DNA from: Escherichia phage ime
Reading direction: 5' to 3' (one strand)
DNA length: 64,000 nt
Sequence record: MN850576.1
The first letter of the stretch is position 1, and every line of letters starts with the position of its first letter. This document shows, one piece after another, positions 1 through 9,696 of this stretch. The translations under genes and the position numbers were made by a program. Under the pieces are notes generated by a model. The model was not told the DNA's origin and made no database searches. It worked only from the letters and a program-made list of their open reading frames with translations.

Positions 1-1373
1 ATCAACTCGTCCACTGGAATAGACCCGAAATGTTTGAACACTTTGATTTTTCCAGCTTTTGCCCATGATTGGTGAATCTCTGCGTGTTCTTGATCAGTTA
101 AAAACTGGCTAGGATCTTCAACAAACTCTTTAACATCAAACCCTAACTGGTTTGCATACAAGGAGTTAATTGCTTCCTCTGGGTCCTCCTCAAGATGGAT
201 CATACATAGACGATCATCCTCTTCATAGTCATCAGCCTTCGGGCATGTTGGGTCCATTAGGTATCTTGCAATACAATGTTCCAGTTTTTTAGCTACGGTT
301 GTTTTACCGCCACCTGATGGGCCTGTAAGCATTACAAGTGTCCCCTTGTGCAAGCCTTTTAACATTTTTTGCAGTTTTGGGAACTCTGCACTGATATCTA
401 CCCCGTTGGAAGTCTTTTTCCGCAAAGACTCGATAGAGAAGTCTTCTAAGTCCGACACAGCATCAGGCACGTATTTAACAGGATGCCGGAACATGTTGAC
501 AATATCTTCCAGCTTTTTAGCCTTCAGCATGTCACGGATATCTTTTACCCCGTCAGGGTCATTTACTTCACCAGGGTATTCTACGTGGTAAACGTTATCA
601 GCCATCAAAAATGCTGCGATATTGTGCGTGGCCTCAACACCTTTAATGACGTGTTTTTGCTTCTCTACCTCGTTGGCTGCATCGTTATCCATTGCCAGCA
701 CAACTGTTCCATAGCTACGGATAAACTTCTCATTGTTTGCAAAAGTATCTACTGCGTTTGCACATCCACAGTTAATTCCAACAAAAGGTAGGCAGGGTTT
801 TCCTGCCAGATCACCACCGTTGATAACTGCATCGATCCCGTCCTGGACCTCTTTAGCCCACTGTTTCACCTTTGCCGGGGCTTTAGCATTGGTGAGAATC
901 CCTTTTACTTGTATCTGATATGCAGCCTGCCATGCTGCAATAACATCGCCTTCCCCCTCACAAACGTTAATCTGCTTACGGTTGTTAGAAGATGCACACA
1001 GCTTTTGCCCAAACATTTGGGAGTTAGCCTTTACGATCCCAACCGTCGTAAAGTGCCCACGTTGCTCTTTGGGGATCGTCCAGTCACGCTTTTTGAAACC
1101 GGACAGATTCCCGTAGCGGTCGTAATATGGGAAATATGTTGCAGTAACTGTCACACCGTCTTCTTGGGACAATGCTGATCGCACACCAAAATATTGTGCA
1201 GCCATCAGACCGATATTTTGTTGTGGGACAGGGACAATTTTAGTATTTTCTAAAACAGTCTCTACAGTTTCAACTTCTTTTTCATCACGATAGTCTCGTT
1301 TCACACTTCCCCCACTTTTATACTTAGTTGCTTTCGGGTTTGGCTCACCGAAACGGTTGTATGCAGATGCCAT
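1..1373 (-). CDS. DNA primase-helicase (TOPRIM primase + RecA-like helicase), partial; 3' end runs off the window
   Basis: Minus-strand frame open from ATG at 1373-1371 to position 1 (absent from ORF track because the stop is outside the window). My translation contains TOPRIM-like acidic motifs (CEGEGD, AMDNDAAN) and Walker A GPSGGGKT (about 300-330). Overlaps and supersedes plus-strand ORFs 346-1178. Confidence 0.75.
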   Translation of the reverse strand, partial: MASAYNRFGEPNPKATKYKSGGSVKRDYRDEKEVETVETVLENTKIVPVPQQNIGLMAAQYFGVRSALSQEDGVTVTATYFPYYDRYGNLSGFKKRDWTIPKEQRGHFTTVGIVKANSQMFGQKLCASSNNRKQINVCEGEGDVIAAWQAAYQIQVKGILTNAKAPAKVKQWAKEVQDGIDAVINGGDLAGKPCLPFVGINCGCANAVDTFANNEKFIRSYGTVVLAMDNDAANEVEKQKHVIKGVEATHNIAAFLMADNVYHVEYPGEVNDPDGVKDIRDMLKAKKLEDIVNMFRHPVKYVPDAVSDLEDFSIESLRKKTSNGVDISAEFPKLQKMLKGLHKGTLVMLTGPSGGGKTTVAKKLEHCIARYLMDPTCPKADDYEEDDRLCMIHLEEDPEEAINSLYANQLGFDVKEFVEDPSQFLTDQEHAEIHQSWAKAGKIKVFKHFGSIPVDEL

Positions 1374-1377
1374 AAAT

Positions 1378-2172
1378 TTACTTCCCATTAATTCTGCTCC
1401 TTACTACAGGCTCGTTTGCTAAGAATACGGCTTTTGCCCAGCCACGTGGTGTGAGGCTTCGGATCATCTTCGTTCTTGCACTCTTCCCACCCAGCTTGGC
1501 GTGTTGCATGGAATACCCGCTAACCGCGTCAACTATTTGCGGGACAGGTTTTGTGGCCGGGATTATAAATCCATTACCTATCCAGCCGCAAGTTATTTTT
1601 GGATAGGCATCACGTGGAGCTATAAATTCAGGAAACCAGGGGTTTACATCATCCTCCGGTAAATACCCGCCATAGTCAGAAGGATGAAAACGGTAATCAG
1701 GTTTGCGCCACAGTGTGGACATAACACCAACAGGATTCTCTACATGCCACGGGCAATCGTAAATCTCTCCCAGCTCTTCCGCAACCCGAGCATCCTTTAC
1801 AGCATTAATTTGGATCAAAGGATCCTTAGCCAGCTTTTTCTTAAAATGTGCAGCACCTGATACCGCTAAATGCGTGCACGGAGGAAATGCAAGAATAAAG
1901 TCTGGAGCTGGATACATGCAAAAAGTTTCCTGAGGGAACCATGGGTCAATCCAATAATCCACATAGTGAATGTTAGGATGATCGGTTATCACCTCTGCAT
2001 AACTGCCGTGGTCAGCACCTTCTGCATTAAAGCACAGGCACAGGTACCCAGCTTTTGCCCAGTCAATAACTGCACCACCAGACCCGTCAAATAGACTCCA
2101 CACAACACCTTTGTGGTAGTGTTCTTTGTAGATGAATTTCAATTTGCTGTCTCCTAATGCAAAAAGCCCCAC
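1378..2172 (-). CDS. DNA cytosine-C5 methyltransferase-like protein (short, no obvious target-recognition domain)
   Basis: Motif I LFDGSGG (FxGxGG), motif IV FPPC, motif VI HVENPVG (ENV). Called start 2172 is GTG inside a terminator hairpin; a TTG about 2148 after AGGAG is a more likely start. Confidence 0.55.
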   Translation of the reverse strand: MGLFALGDSKLKFIYKEHYHKGVVWSLFDGSGGAVIDWAKAGYLCLCFNAEGADHGSYAEVITDHPNIHYVDYWIDPWFPQETFCMYPAPDFILAFPPCTHLAVSGAAHFKKKLAKDPLIQINAVKDARVAEELGEIYDCPWHVENPVGVMSTLWRKPDYRFHPSDYGGYLPEDDVNPWFPEFIAPRDAYPKITCGWIGNGFIIPATKPVPQIVDAVSGYSMQHAKLGGKSARTKMIRSLTPRGWAKAVFLANEPVVRSRINGK

Positions 2173-2187
2173 CCTTTCGGGCAGGGC
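2161..2187 (-). terminator. Rho-independent terminator/attenuator (9-bp stem, GAAA loop, U5)
   Basis: Minus-strand RNA GCCCUGCCC-GAAA-GGGUGGGGC followed by UUUUU; lies between the stop of 2194..2676 and the coding start of the C5-MTase-like gene. Confidence 0.6.
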
Positions 2188-2193
2188 CTAGTG

Positions 2194-2676
2194 TTAAACC
2201 CGGATACCTATTGTATACTCGGTGGATACCAATGTCAAATCTAAATTTAAAATTTCTTGCATCTCATAATATGCGTCCAGGGTTAGATACATTTCCCCAT
2301 CCTTTTCTACATACTTGTCCAAGTGCTTGAGGCATTTCGGATAACTATCAAGTGCAGCTTTCAGGCACTCAAACTCTGTGCTGTTGATGAATCCTTCCAT
2401 CTTGGCTACCCGTTCTGGGGTAATGATAGCACTGTAGTGAGATTTAGCTTCCTGAATGCAATGGGTCCAAGCATCAACCTTCTCTTCGAAAAGTCCAAAG
2501 AACTTCTTTTTGGTGAGCTTCAGATTCTTTAAGTGCTTAAGCACTCGGTTGCCGATTACAGCCACATCACGAAACTTAAGGATCACCTTGTCGATATCCT
2601 CGCGGCCTATTTTCACAAAGCAGGCTTCGCACATTTCAGGGGCTGCGTAACCTACTTTCCACATAAAATCTGACAT
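2194..2676 (-). CDS. Hypothetical protein with Cys motif WKxGYAAPxxCExC
   Basis: 160-aa ORF; N-terminal motif MWKVGYAAPEMCEAC shared with the protein of 21230..21430. Confidence 0.55.
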   Translation of the reverse strand: MSDFMWKVGYAAPEMCEACFVKIGREDIDKVILKFRDVAVIGNRVLKHLKNLKLTKKKFFGLFEEKVDAWTHCIQEAKSHYSAIITPERVAKMEGFINSTEFECLKAALDSYPKCLKHLDKYVEKDGEMYLTLDAYYEMQEILNLDLTLVSTEYTIGIRV

Positions 2677-2688
2677 ACCGCCTTCTCC

Positions 2689-3084
2689 TTATTCCTTAAA
2701 AGCTATGATATCATAGGAACTTGCAGATGATTCTGGTGAAGAATGACTCCAGTCCAGGTCATCAGAATAGTCAGCGTACTGTGCACCACTACGTAGTTTA
2801 TATTTTACCCACTTACCTGGTGCAGGGTTTTCACCACCTTCCCATACTTCCCAGCCTTCTGGCAGGCCGTCCTGGGGATAGTCATCCACCTCACTAATAA
2901 TCTTAGGGTTTGGCACCAAGATCCCTGCAGGCTCTTCCTTCCGGATAAGTGTCCACACAACGTAGGTGTCTGAGCAGGCGCATGATAGCAAAGTATATCC
3001 ACTATTCAGAACTTCTGCAAGCTCTTTTTCAGCATCTTCCAATTTGGTTAAGTGGTATTGGATAATCTTCACACCTGTAATCAT
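2689..3084 (-). CDS. Hypothetical protein
   Basis: 131-aa ORF tightly packed between neighbours on the same strand; no recognised motif. Confidence 0.5.
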   Translation of the reverse strand: MITGVKIIQYHLTKLEDAEKELAEVLNSGYTLLSCACSDTYVVWTLIRKEEPAGILVPNPKIISEVDDYPQDGLPEGWEVWEGGENPAPGKWVKYKLRSGAQYADYSDDLDWSHSSPESSASSYDIIAFKE

Positions 3085-3389
3085 CAGAAACCTCCCACTT
3101 CTTCAGCAAATGCAGCTGCTGTCGTCGCTGCATCCAGATAGGACTCTAGTTCACGGGCTGCACGTTTGTAAATTGAGTGGCGCATATCGTTTGGCAGTTG
3201 GTGGAAGTCCACCTCTTCACCGTTGTGGTAAACATGCACATCGGTGATTTGTCTAAATCCGTAACAGTCAACATCAGAATCCCGGCACTCCGGATCTGGC
3301 AACTGAACAACTGCCTGAGCTTCCACAGTAAACATATCGTCAAGTTCGAAATCGATTTCAAAAGTGTATGGTTTATAACGTTTCATCAT
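3084..3389 (-). CDS. Hypothetical protein
   Basis: 101-aa ORF, start overlaps upstream stop (ATGA); no recognised motif. Confidence 0.5.
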   Translation of the reverse strand: MMKRYKPYTFEIDFELDDMFTVEAQAVVQLPDPECRDSDVDCYGFRQITDVHVYHNGEEVDFHQLPNDMRHSIYKRAARELESYLDAATTAAAFAEEVGGF

Positions 3390-3402
3390 TTGATTGTACT
3401 CT

Positions 3403-4728
3403 TTATTGATCAGAATTATCTTTCGTAATTAAGGTCTGGGTAAGTTTGTAATAGCGGAAGCCACCGCCACCTTGCCAGCTTGCAGACTTAGAAATACCAC
3501 CTTGATCTTCACCATCAATCACTTTTTGCAAGCGAGGGATAATATGGGTATGACAATGATCACCCAGTTCGATCAAGATCCAACGTCTTTTCATCTTGTG
3601 GGCTACAGCAGCAGTAGTTCCCGAACCGCCGAATGAATCCAATACCAAATCACCTTCTCGCGTACACATTTCGAGAATCCGCTTCAAAAGCGCTTCTGGT
3701 TTTTTTCCATTTTTGAAACTAACGCCGCCTTCATTTGCTATTCCATTCCAACTAATGTCTGTCCAAACATCAGTTATTAGTTCCGCAGGTTGCATCTCAC
3801 CGTCAATTTCCAAAAGCCTGTTGGAGTAAAAGACCATTTGCCTACCATTTGCGATATAAAATCCTTCAACATCCTCATTCGGATGTGCATAAACCTTATC
3901 CCTATCTTTCTTTGACTTCTCGATAGTTTCTTTTCTCTTTATTTTAGCGCCACCACCAATTGCAACAGATTGAAATACACGTTCTGCATTATCAATTGCG
4001 AATTGTGCTAATTCATCATCGAATGTGTCAGGCAGTTTTTTCTTAGCTTCTTTTGCATCTTTATAGCCATTGGCCTTTGCAAACGCATCGGCAATACCGC
4101 ACCACGTCCAATTTTTATAATGGTCATCCGGGTTTAATAGGTATTTGTTATATCCTGTATCATACCCTTTAGGTATATAGATTTTGTTAAGCGGTTTCTG
4201 GGTGCGATCTTTTGCATATACAAGCAAAAAGTTTGCTGTGGAGAAAACTGTGGCTCCTGTTGCCTTAAATCCCGAAGGGGAATTTGTGGTCATCGATATG
4301 GTATTTAACTGATTTGCACGACCAAAAATCTCGTCCATCAAAACTTTTAAATACGCCATTTCGCAATCATCTAAGTGAACGAATATTACCCCATCATCAC
4401 TTAGAAGATTACGAATTATTTCTAACCTATCCCTCATTAAGCCCAGCCAAATGGAATGCTCAAGGCTATCATCGTAGTGCTCAAAAGCCCTTCCAGTATT
4501 GAATGGTGGGTCTATGTAAACACATTTCACTTTGCCTGCATACTCTTGCTCTAGCGCCTTCAATGCTAATAAGTTATCTCCAAAAATCAGTTTATTATCA
4601 AAAATATCGTTTTCGGTCACTTTCTGGCTGTGGTAAGACTTGCTAGAATCTTCTAACAAAATGTGCGGCTCTAACTTTTTGCGCTCGTTTTTACCTATCC
4701 AGGTTAGTTCTAATTTGGTTTTACTCAT
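3403..4728 (-). CDS. DNA amino-methyltransferase, beta class (N6-adenine or N4-cytosine)
   Basis: Motif IV YIDPPFNTG near N-terminus and motif I DSFGGSGTT near C-terminus (IV-TRD-I order = beta class). Confidence 0.8.
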   Translation of the reverse strand: MSKTKLELTWIGKNERKKLEPHILLEDSSKSYHSQKVTENDIFDNKLIFGDNLLALKALEQEYAGKVKCVYIDPPFNTGRAFEHYDDSLEHSIWLGLMRDRLEIIRNLLSDDGVIFVHLDDCEMAYLKVLMDEIFGRANQLNTISMTTNSPSGFKATGATVFSTANFLLVYAKDRTQKPLNKIYIPKGYDTGYNKYLLNPDDHYKNWTWCGIADAFAKANGYKDAKEAKKKLPDTFDDELAQFAIDNAERVFQSVAIGGGAKIKRKETIEKSKKDRDKVYAHPNEDVEGFYIANGRQMVFYSNRLLEIDGEMQPAELITDVWTDISWNGIANEGGVSFKNGKKPEALLKRILEMCTREGDLVLDSFGGSGTTAAVAHKMKRRWILIELGDHCHTHIIPRLQKVIDGEDQGGISKSASWQGGGGFRYYKLTQTLITKDNSDQ

Positions 4729-4789
4729 CGTTTGGTGCTCTCCTTAGTTTTTGTGGGGAGGAGTGCCTCCCCTTTATACTCACATCTTA

Positions 4790-5131
4790 CTACTCAAGGT
4801 CTTCAGAGTCAAGCTCAAAAAGAATCAAACTGTGCATACCTGCAGAGAGATTAACACACCCTGCAACAATAAGGGTTTGATAGTAAGGTTCAGCACCCTC
4901 AATGTCTTCGTTAAAATCCACAACAAGGTAGTCACCTTTGTTAAAGGTGTATTTGTCCGATGTAAACGCAAAACCTGCCCAGTCCCCTACTGCAGGATCT
5001 TTATCAGTCACCTTTGTTAGCAGTAGATCTTTTTCACGAGATCTTTTAGTAAAATCGTGAATCACAACATCCTTCTCTTCAGGAGTCGGATTGCCACACA
5101 CGTAGTTAACGATATTTCTCCACAAACTCAT
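4790..5131 (-). CDS. Hypothetical protein
   Basis: 113-aa ORF; overlaps helicase stop by 4 nt. Confidence 0.5.
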   Translation of the reverse strand: MSLWRNIVNYVCGNPTPEEKDVVIHDFTKRSREKDLLLTKVTDKDPAVGDWAGFAFTSDKYTFNKGDYLVVDFNEDIEGAEPYYQTLIVAGCVNLSAGMHSLILFELDSEDLE

Positions 5132-6498
5132 ACGTCCCCCTCTTCTGCTCTGGTTTCAAAATCTTTCCTGACAATTTTGTCTAAGTCAGGGAATGTTGTA
5201 TTGTAAAACTCTACTACTCGCGGGTCAACAATAATGTCAACTTCTCTTAGGGGACGCAACAAGTTTATTCCTTGTATTGTCTTAACTCTACTCAAAGCGA
5301 CATACGTCATCCCAGGAGAGAAAGCTCCGTTCTTTCCAAGGTCTAGGTTGTAACAATCTAGCGTAAGTCCTTGACTTTTATGAGATGTTACGGCGTACCC
5401 AGATTTCAGAGGAAGTTGCTTGTATGACCCAATCACTACCCTCTCTATAAACTTCTCCATCTTCCTTTCTGCAATGTTGTATCTCTGAGAGGGCTTATAC
5501 TCGTTATTCTCCCACAACCTCTGCTCTATGTCAACCTGTGTTCCATCTTCAAGCTCTACCACCACCGCCTTGTTCTTAAATTTAACAATTGTGGCACGTG
5601 TTCCGTTAACATAATAAGGTACTTTGTGCGTCGGGTCAACATCGTTGGCGGTTATCATAACTTTCATGCCAATTTTCAACTTCATCTCCTGCTCAACTGG
5701 CAGGGTGGAGGGAAACTTACCCTTCATTTCACCAGTGTATACCTTCTCTGGGGCGTTGATGGCATCATAGAACCTTCTGTTTACTTCCTCTGCTTGTTTG
5801 TTGGTGGCGCAAATTGTGAGAGCATCTGTTGGTACACCACCTTTGTAACAGCGAGCATTAAGTTCTGCTACAACCTCTTTTATGCGACGACCCTCACGAA
5901 CACAGTTGAGCATTGTGGCAAATCGAATAGACTCCTGTCGGAACTGATCTATTAGGGCTATGTTGTGGAGGTCAAGCTCTTTCCAAGATTCGGTGTAGCA
6001 ACACAGGTCCGTATGGTAGAAGTTGAAGTAGGCTTCCTTCTCCATAGAAGAGACAACAGGAGGTGCCTGGTAAAAATCGCCAAACAATATGACCTGTATG
6101 CCTCCGAAAGGTTTGTCATTTTTTCGAAGGAAGCGGAGTTTCCTATCCATCTCTATAAACTTATCAGCACGGATCATAGAGATTTCATCGATAATTAGGA
6201 TGGTAAATGCCTTGCTTTTCAAAGGCTTTGCTGTTTTTGCCCTTATTGCGGTCCAGTCCGACTCCATGCTCACACCTGCTGCAAGATCGAATGTTCGGTG
6301 TGCTGTTGCTCCATTAACGTTTAAAGCGGCTACCCCTGTCGGGGCAACCGTTATGCAAGAGTCTCCATACATTGACTGGATCATGTTGATGAGATACGTC
6401 TTCCCACAACCTGCAGGTCCTGAAACGAAGACATTCTCACCACTCATGATTGCAATGAGGGCAGCATCTGTGCCTACGTCATACTGCCCTTTTTCCAT
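5128..6498 (-). CDS. SF1 DNA helicase, Dda/RecD/Pif1-like
   Basis: Walker A VSGPAGCGKTY, Walker B IIDEISM; 456 aa. Confidence 0.8.
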   Translation of the reverse strand: MEKGQYDVGTDAALIAIMSGENVFVSGPAGCGKTYLINMIQSMYGDSCITVAPTGVAALNVNGATAHRTFDLAAGVSMESDWTAIRAKTAKPLKSKAFTILIIDEISMIRADKFIEMDRKLRFLRKNDKPFGGIQVILFGDFYQAPPVVSSMEKEAYFNFYHTDLCCYTESWKELDLHNIALIDQFRQESIRFATMLNCVREGRRIKEVVAELNARCYKGGVPTDALTICATNKQAEEVNRRFYDAINAPEKVYTGEMKGKFPSTLPVEQEMKLKIGMKVMITANDVDPTHKVPYYVNGTRATIVKFKNKAVVVELEDGTQVDIEQRLWENNEYKPSQRYNIAERKMEKFIERVVIGSYKQLPLKSGYAVTSHKSQGLTLDCYNLDLGKNGAFSPGMTYVALSRVKTIQGINLLRPLREVDIIVDPRVVEFYNTTFPDLDKIVRKDFETRAEEGDV

Positions 6499-7703
6499 TA
6501 CGCCTCCTCGTAGATAATGTCGATGATGTTACCATCACGGTCAACTACGTATTCAATCGGATCGCCATCTTTGCGTGATTCCGGTGCTGCTACGATTTCG
6601 TAGCGGCATGCACGGCACTTAGCACTGTTGTGTTGGTATGGCACACTAACCACATCCGCAGGGTCAACCATAACCATCATTATAGTGCCATAGCCCGCTG
6701 CATACTCTTTGCTGGCGCAGTGCAGGCCATAAGAACACGCAGCTTCCGGATCATCTTCTACAAAGTTACGAGGCATGGACACAAAAGCACCCTGGTATTG
6801 TGGAACTTTACCGCTGTGCCAATCCACCCACCTGCTCCCGTTAAACTGAACCCCCTTATAGCAAATGATTCGACCATCTTCTGCAACCTGGATGTCATTA
6901 GCCTGCATGAAATCGTAGAGCATGTTCACAGATTTTGCAGACGGGTTGCGTAGCAGACGGACAAGGAATTTAACATATCGGTCGTCCAGTGTTCCATCTA
7001 CATAATCTTCCTCAATTTTCTTTGCAATGGTGGATCGCATCTCTACACCGTAGTAGTAGAGCTTACCATCTTTCATGATCAGGTTGTCTGCAAGTGTGGT
7101 GAACTCATTCTTGCGTTCCAGCCAGACAAGGATTTCACCAATTGCCTCATCATATTCCTGAACAGAAATATGGTCGAAGACTTTCTGGTAAACTTCCTCA
7201 CTTTCGCTGCGGCGAATTTCAAAAATGCCTTCGTTGCAGGTGATCTGGAGGAGTTCCCCGCAAATAACTACCAAAGGCTCGATGCTTCGAGACTGTTGCT
7301 GAGACACACTGCTCACCACTTCCAGCACCGGATCTTTGACTTCTACTAAAGGTTCTTCTGACTTGATTGCTACCCCAGTGACCCCCGCACCGTGAACAAC
7401 ACACAGTGGGTATACCACGCCCCAACGTTTAACGGAACCTTCACCTGAATCTAAGATCATGGCGTACTTACCGTTGTCTTCCAGTCCGTAGCGGAATAAA
7501 CGGGCCTCTTCGCGGGTTTCAAAATCCTCACGGGTATAGCAGACACTGTCTCGGTCAGGATCAAACAGCTCTGGGGCACCTACTGCCAGTGTCCATGTTG
7601 TAGTACCTTTCTCAATAGCACATGTGAAACCCTTCTTCTCAAGTTCTGCACGGCGGTCGCGTGCTTCTTTACGAGTTTTGAAATGTTCGTAGATGAAAAT
7701 CAT
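6498..7703 (-). CDS. rIIB: rIIB-like protein
   Basis: Immediately downstream of the rIIA-like gene; C-terminal region (SYGLHCASK...DPADVVSVPY...CRACRYEIV) resembles my recollection of T4 rIIB; AAGGAG SD before the ATG. Confidence 0.5.
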   Translation of the reverse strand: MIFIYEHFKTRKEARDRRAELEKKGFTCAIEKGTTTWTLAVGAPELFDPDRDSVCYTREDFETREEARLFRYGLEDNGKYAMILDSGEGSVKRWGVVYPLCVVHGAGVTGVAIKSEEPLVEVKDPVLEVVSSVSQQQSRSIEPLVVICGELLQITCNEGIFEIRRSESEEVYQKVFDHISVQEYDEAIGEILVWLERKNEFTTLADNLIMKDGKLYYYGVEMRSTIAKKIEEDYVDGTLDDRYVKFLVRLLRNPSAKSVNMLYDFMQANDIQVAEDGRIICYKGVQFNGSRWVDWHSGKVPQYQGAFVSMPRNFVEDDPEAACSYGLHCASKEYAAGYGTIMMVMVDPADVVSVPYQHNSAKCRACRYEIVAAPESRKDGDPIEYVVDRDGNIIDIIYEEA

Positions 7704-7713
7704 AGCTGTCTCC

Positions 7714-9696
7714 TTATTTGGTGTTATTCTTTGCGTCGATCAGTTCACGGTATTCAATCATAGCAGGAGTGTCCCAATATTTCAAGCCCACATGCTTCAA
7801 AAGTGGATATTTCTTTTCCAATCTTGCAATATAGGCCTTCCCGCACTTGACTCGGTTGGCGATTAAGATTTTGGCACGATGATTTAGCTCACTGTGCTTC
7901 CACGCGGTGTTACCTTCCCACTTGTGGAAATGTGGCCGATAATTTCCAAAATCTTGCATGGGGATAATTTTCCCTAATTGTCTATACAGGCTGTCATATG
8001 AAGTTTCATTTGCTGCGCGAGTCAGTAAGAATTTCCAGGCGTCCTCTTTCAACAAATGTTCCACATTTTTCTCTGTAACATACTGGCAATCAGGATCAGT
8101 CCAAAGCAGACGAGATTCTGATACCAGGTACAGATCTTCCCCTTCAGGAATCTGGAGTGCCGCACGCACACGGTCATAATTTTGCTGGTAGATGTTACTT
8201 AGCTGTCCCAGCCAACAACTTCCACGTTGGATATCACCCTCATAAGGAATGCAGTGCTTAATCTTCTTGAACTCTGCCTTAGTAATACGTTCACGACGGA
8301 AGTAACCATCCTTCTCAAGCTTTTTAACCCAATAACCTGGCTCGTAATGAGTTTTTGTTTCACCTTTCTTCGCAGGTCGGCGAGGGAGCTCTGATAACAA
8401 TTTGACAGTATCTGCAAAGAACGGATGGTGTGCCGCCTCTTTAAACTCTTTCACCAGATCCGTGTTCCGGCAATAGAAAACGTTGCGTCCGGTGATTTCG
8501 CTTAAGTAGTTACACTTATTTCGGTTATATTTACCATCTCCGTCGTTAAATACAAGGTATACACCTCGTAAGAACTCCGACTTTCCGTAACGAGCATAGC
8601 CTATGCGGTCTTTATTTAAGCCGCCAGCGAAAATTTCACAATCGCCTAAGTCGCCAAGCCCTGTTTCTTCCCAACGGTTCCACATAAAGTTTTTGCCGAA
8701 GATGTGTCCGAACACTCCACTATTCTTCATCATTTCACGTGCTTCTGCGGAGGTTTTTGCCGTCTCCAGTTCTGCAATAACTTCTGCCCCGCGAAGACGT
8801 ATACCTTCTTTGACAAAGGCCTCCAGGCGATCCTGGAATCCACCGTCGTCATGGCCCTCTATGGTCCATTCACGCCCAGGGTTAATATTGCAATCCCCAA
8901 TAGGAATTTCCACGCAGATTGCAGGGTAATCGGTCAATGTCTCCAGGAACTTGGAGCGGTAAGGTTGGTGACCCATCACAACACGGCTCTCATCAGAACT
9001 GGTATAACCTTTCAGGATGGTCATTTTCCAGCCATCCTTCTCGTAATGATACTGTGCCTCAACCTTGTCACCTTCTAACATCTTACTGGTCATAGGATCG
9101 GTGACGATGAACGGAAACTTCGCATAGCGTAAGCACGATGCAATAGCAGTGCGATATTTCAGGACATGCTCTTTCTTAACATGGAACTGAACTTTTACCC
9201 CGTTGTGCTCTTCAGTCTTCCGCTCACGGATCTTGGTAACGTTTGGGATACCCTGATCCAAGAACAATAGATATGTGCTTTCAACACCATTGTGCACACT
9301 GATAACATCGAAAGTGTCCACCATACTGAACGGAGCCTTTGAACCAACACCTTTATTACCTACCAGAGCGTTGCTGTTGCGCTTGGTTGACTCCCCGAGA
9401 TTCATGAAAGTGTTGCGGACCATCTCTTCTGACATGCCCAATCCAACGTCCTGCACAAAGAAGTATGGTTCAAGGTCTGTAGGAGAGTGAATGATGATCG
9501 GTACATCACCCCGTCCAGACTCAACATGGGAGTCCACAGCATTGAAGATTGGTTCACGGCAGCTTGCCAGCACCTTATCTTCGTAAATCCCTTTAATGAT
9601 TAGCCCAAAAGTCTCTTTGTTCAGAGAAATTGAGCCCCTGGTGACCTCCATATTTCCGGTCAGCACTGCTTTAGTTTCATTACTGTTTACAATCAT
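7714..9696 (-). CDS. rIIA: rIIA-like protein with N-terminal GHKL/HSP90-like ATPase domain
   Basis: N-box-like FNAVDSH and G-loop GNKGVGSKAPFS (compare T4 rIIA GGFGLGSKSPFS, recalled from memory); 660 aa. Confidence 0.65.
   Translation of the reverse strand: MIVNSNETKAVLTGNMEVTRGSISLNKETFGLIIKGIYEDKVLASCREPIFNAVDSHVESGRGDVPIIIHSPTDLEPYFFVQDVGLGMSEEMVRNTFMNLGESTKRNSNALVGNKGVGSKAPFSMVDTFDVISVHNGVESTYLLFLDQGIPNVTKIRERKTEEHNGVKVQFHVKKEHVLKYRTAIASCLRYAKFPFIVTDPMTSKMLEGDKVEAQYHYEKDGWKMTILKGYTSSDESRVVMGHQPYRSKFLETLTDYPAICVEIPIGDCNINPGREWTIEGHDDGGFQDRLEAFVKEGIRLRGAEVIAELETAKTSAEAREMMKNSGVFGHIFGKNFMWNRWEETGLGDLGDCEIFAGGLNKDRIGYARYGKSEFLRGVYLVFNDGDGKYNRNKCNYLSEITGRNVFYCRNTDLVKEFKEAAHHPFFADTVKLLSELPRRPAKKGETKTHYEPGYWVKKLEKDGYFRRERITKAEFKKIKHCIPYEGDIQRGSCWLGQLSNIYQQNYDRVRAALQIPEGEDLYLVSESRLLWTDPDCQYVTEKNVEHLLKEDAWKFLLTRAANETSYDSLYRQLGKIIPMQDFGNYRPHFHKWEGNTAWKHSELNHRAKILIANRVKCGKAYIARLEKKYPLLKHVGLKYWDTPAMIEYRELIDAKNNTK

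Noticed and set aside
346-1178. Plus-strand ORFs 346..591, 483..791, 733..918 and 909..1178
   Set aside because: They lie antisense to a long minus-strand frame (1..1373) that has primase/helicase motifs and no stop to the window edge; the plus-strand frames are short, overlapping and motif-free.
4755-4775. Hairpin GGGGAGG-AGTG-CCTCCCC between 4790..5131 and the amino-MTase gene as a terminator
   Set aside because: On the coding (minus) strand it is followed by an A-rich rather than U-rich tract, so it is unlikely to be an intrinsic terminator for the genes here; it may be an RNA stability element or an antisense terminator. Not called as a feature.
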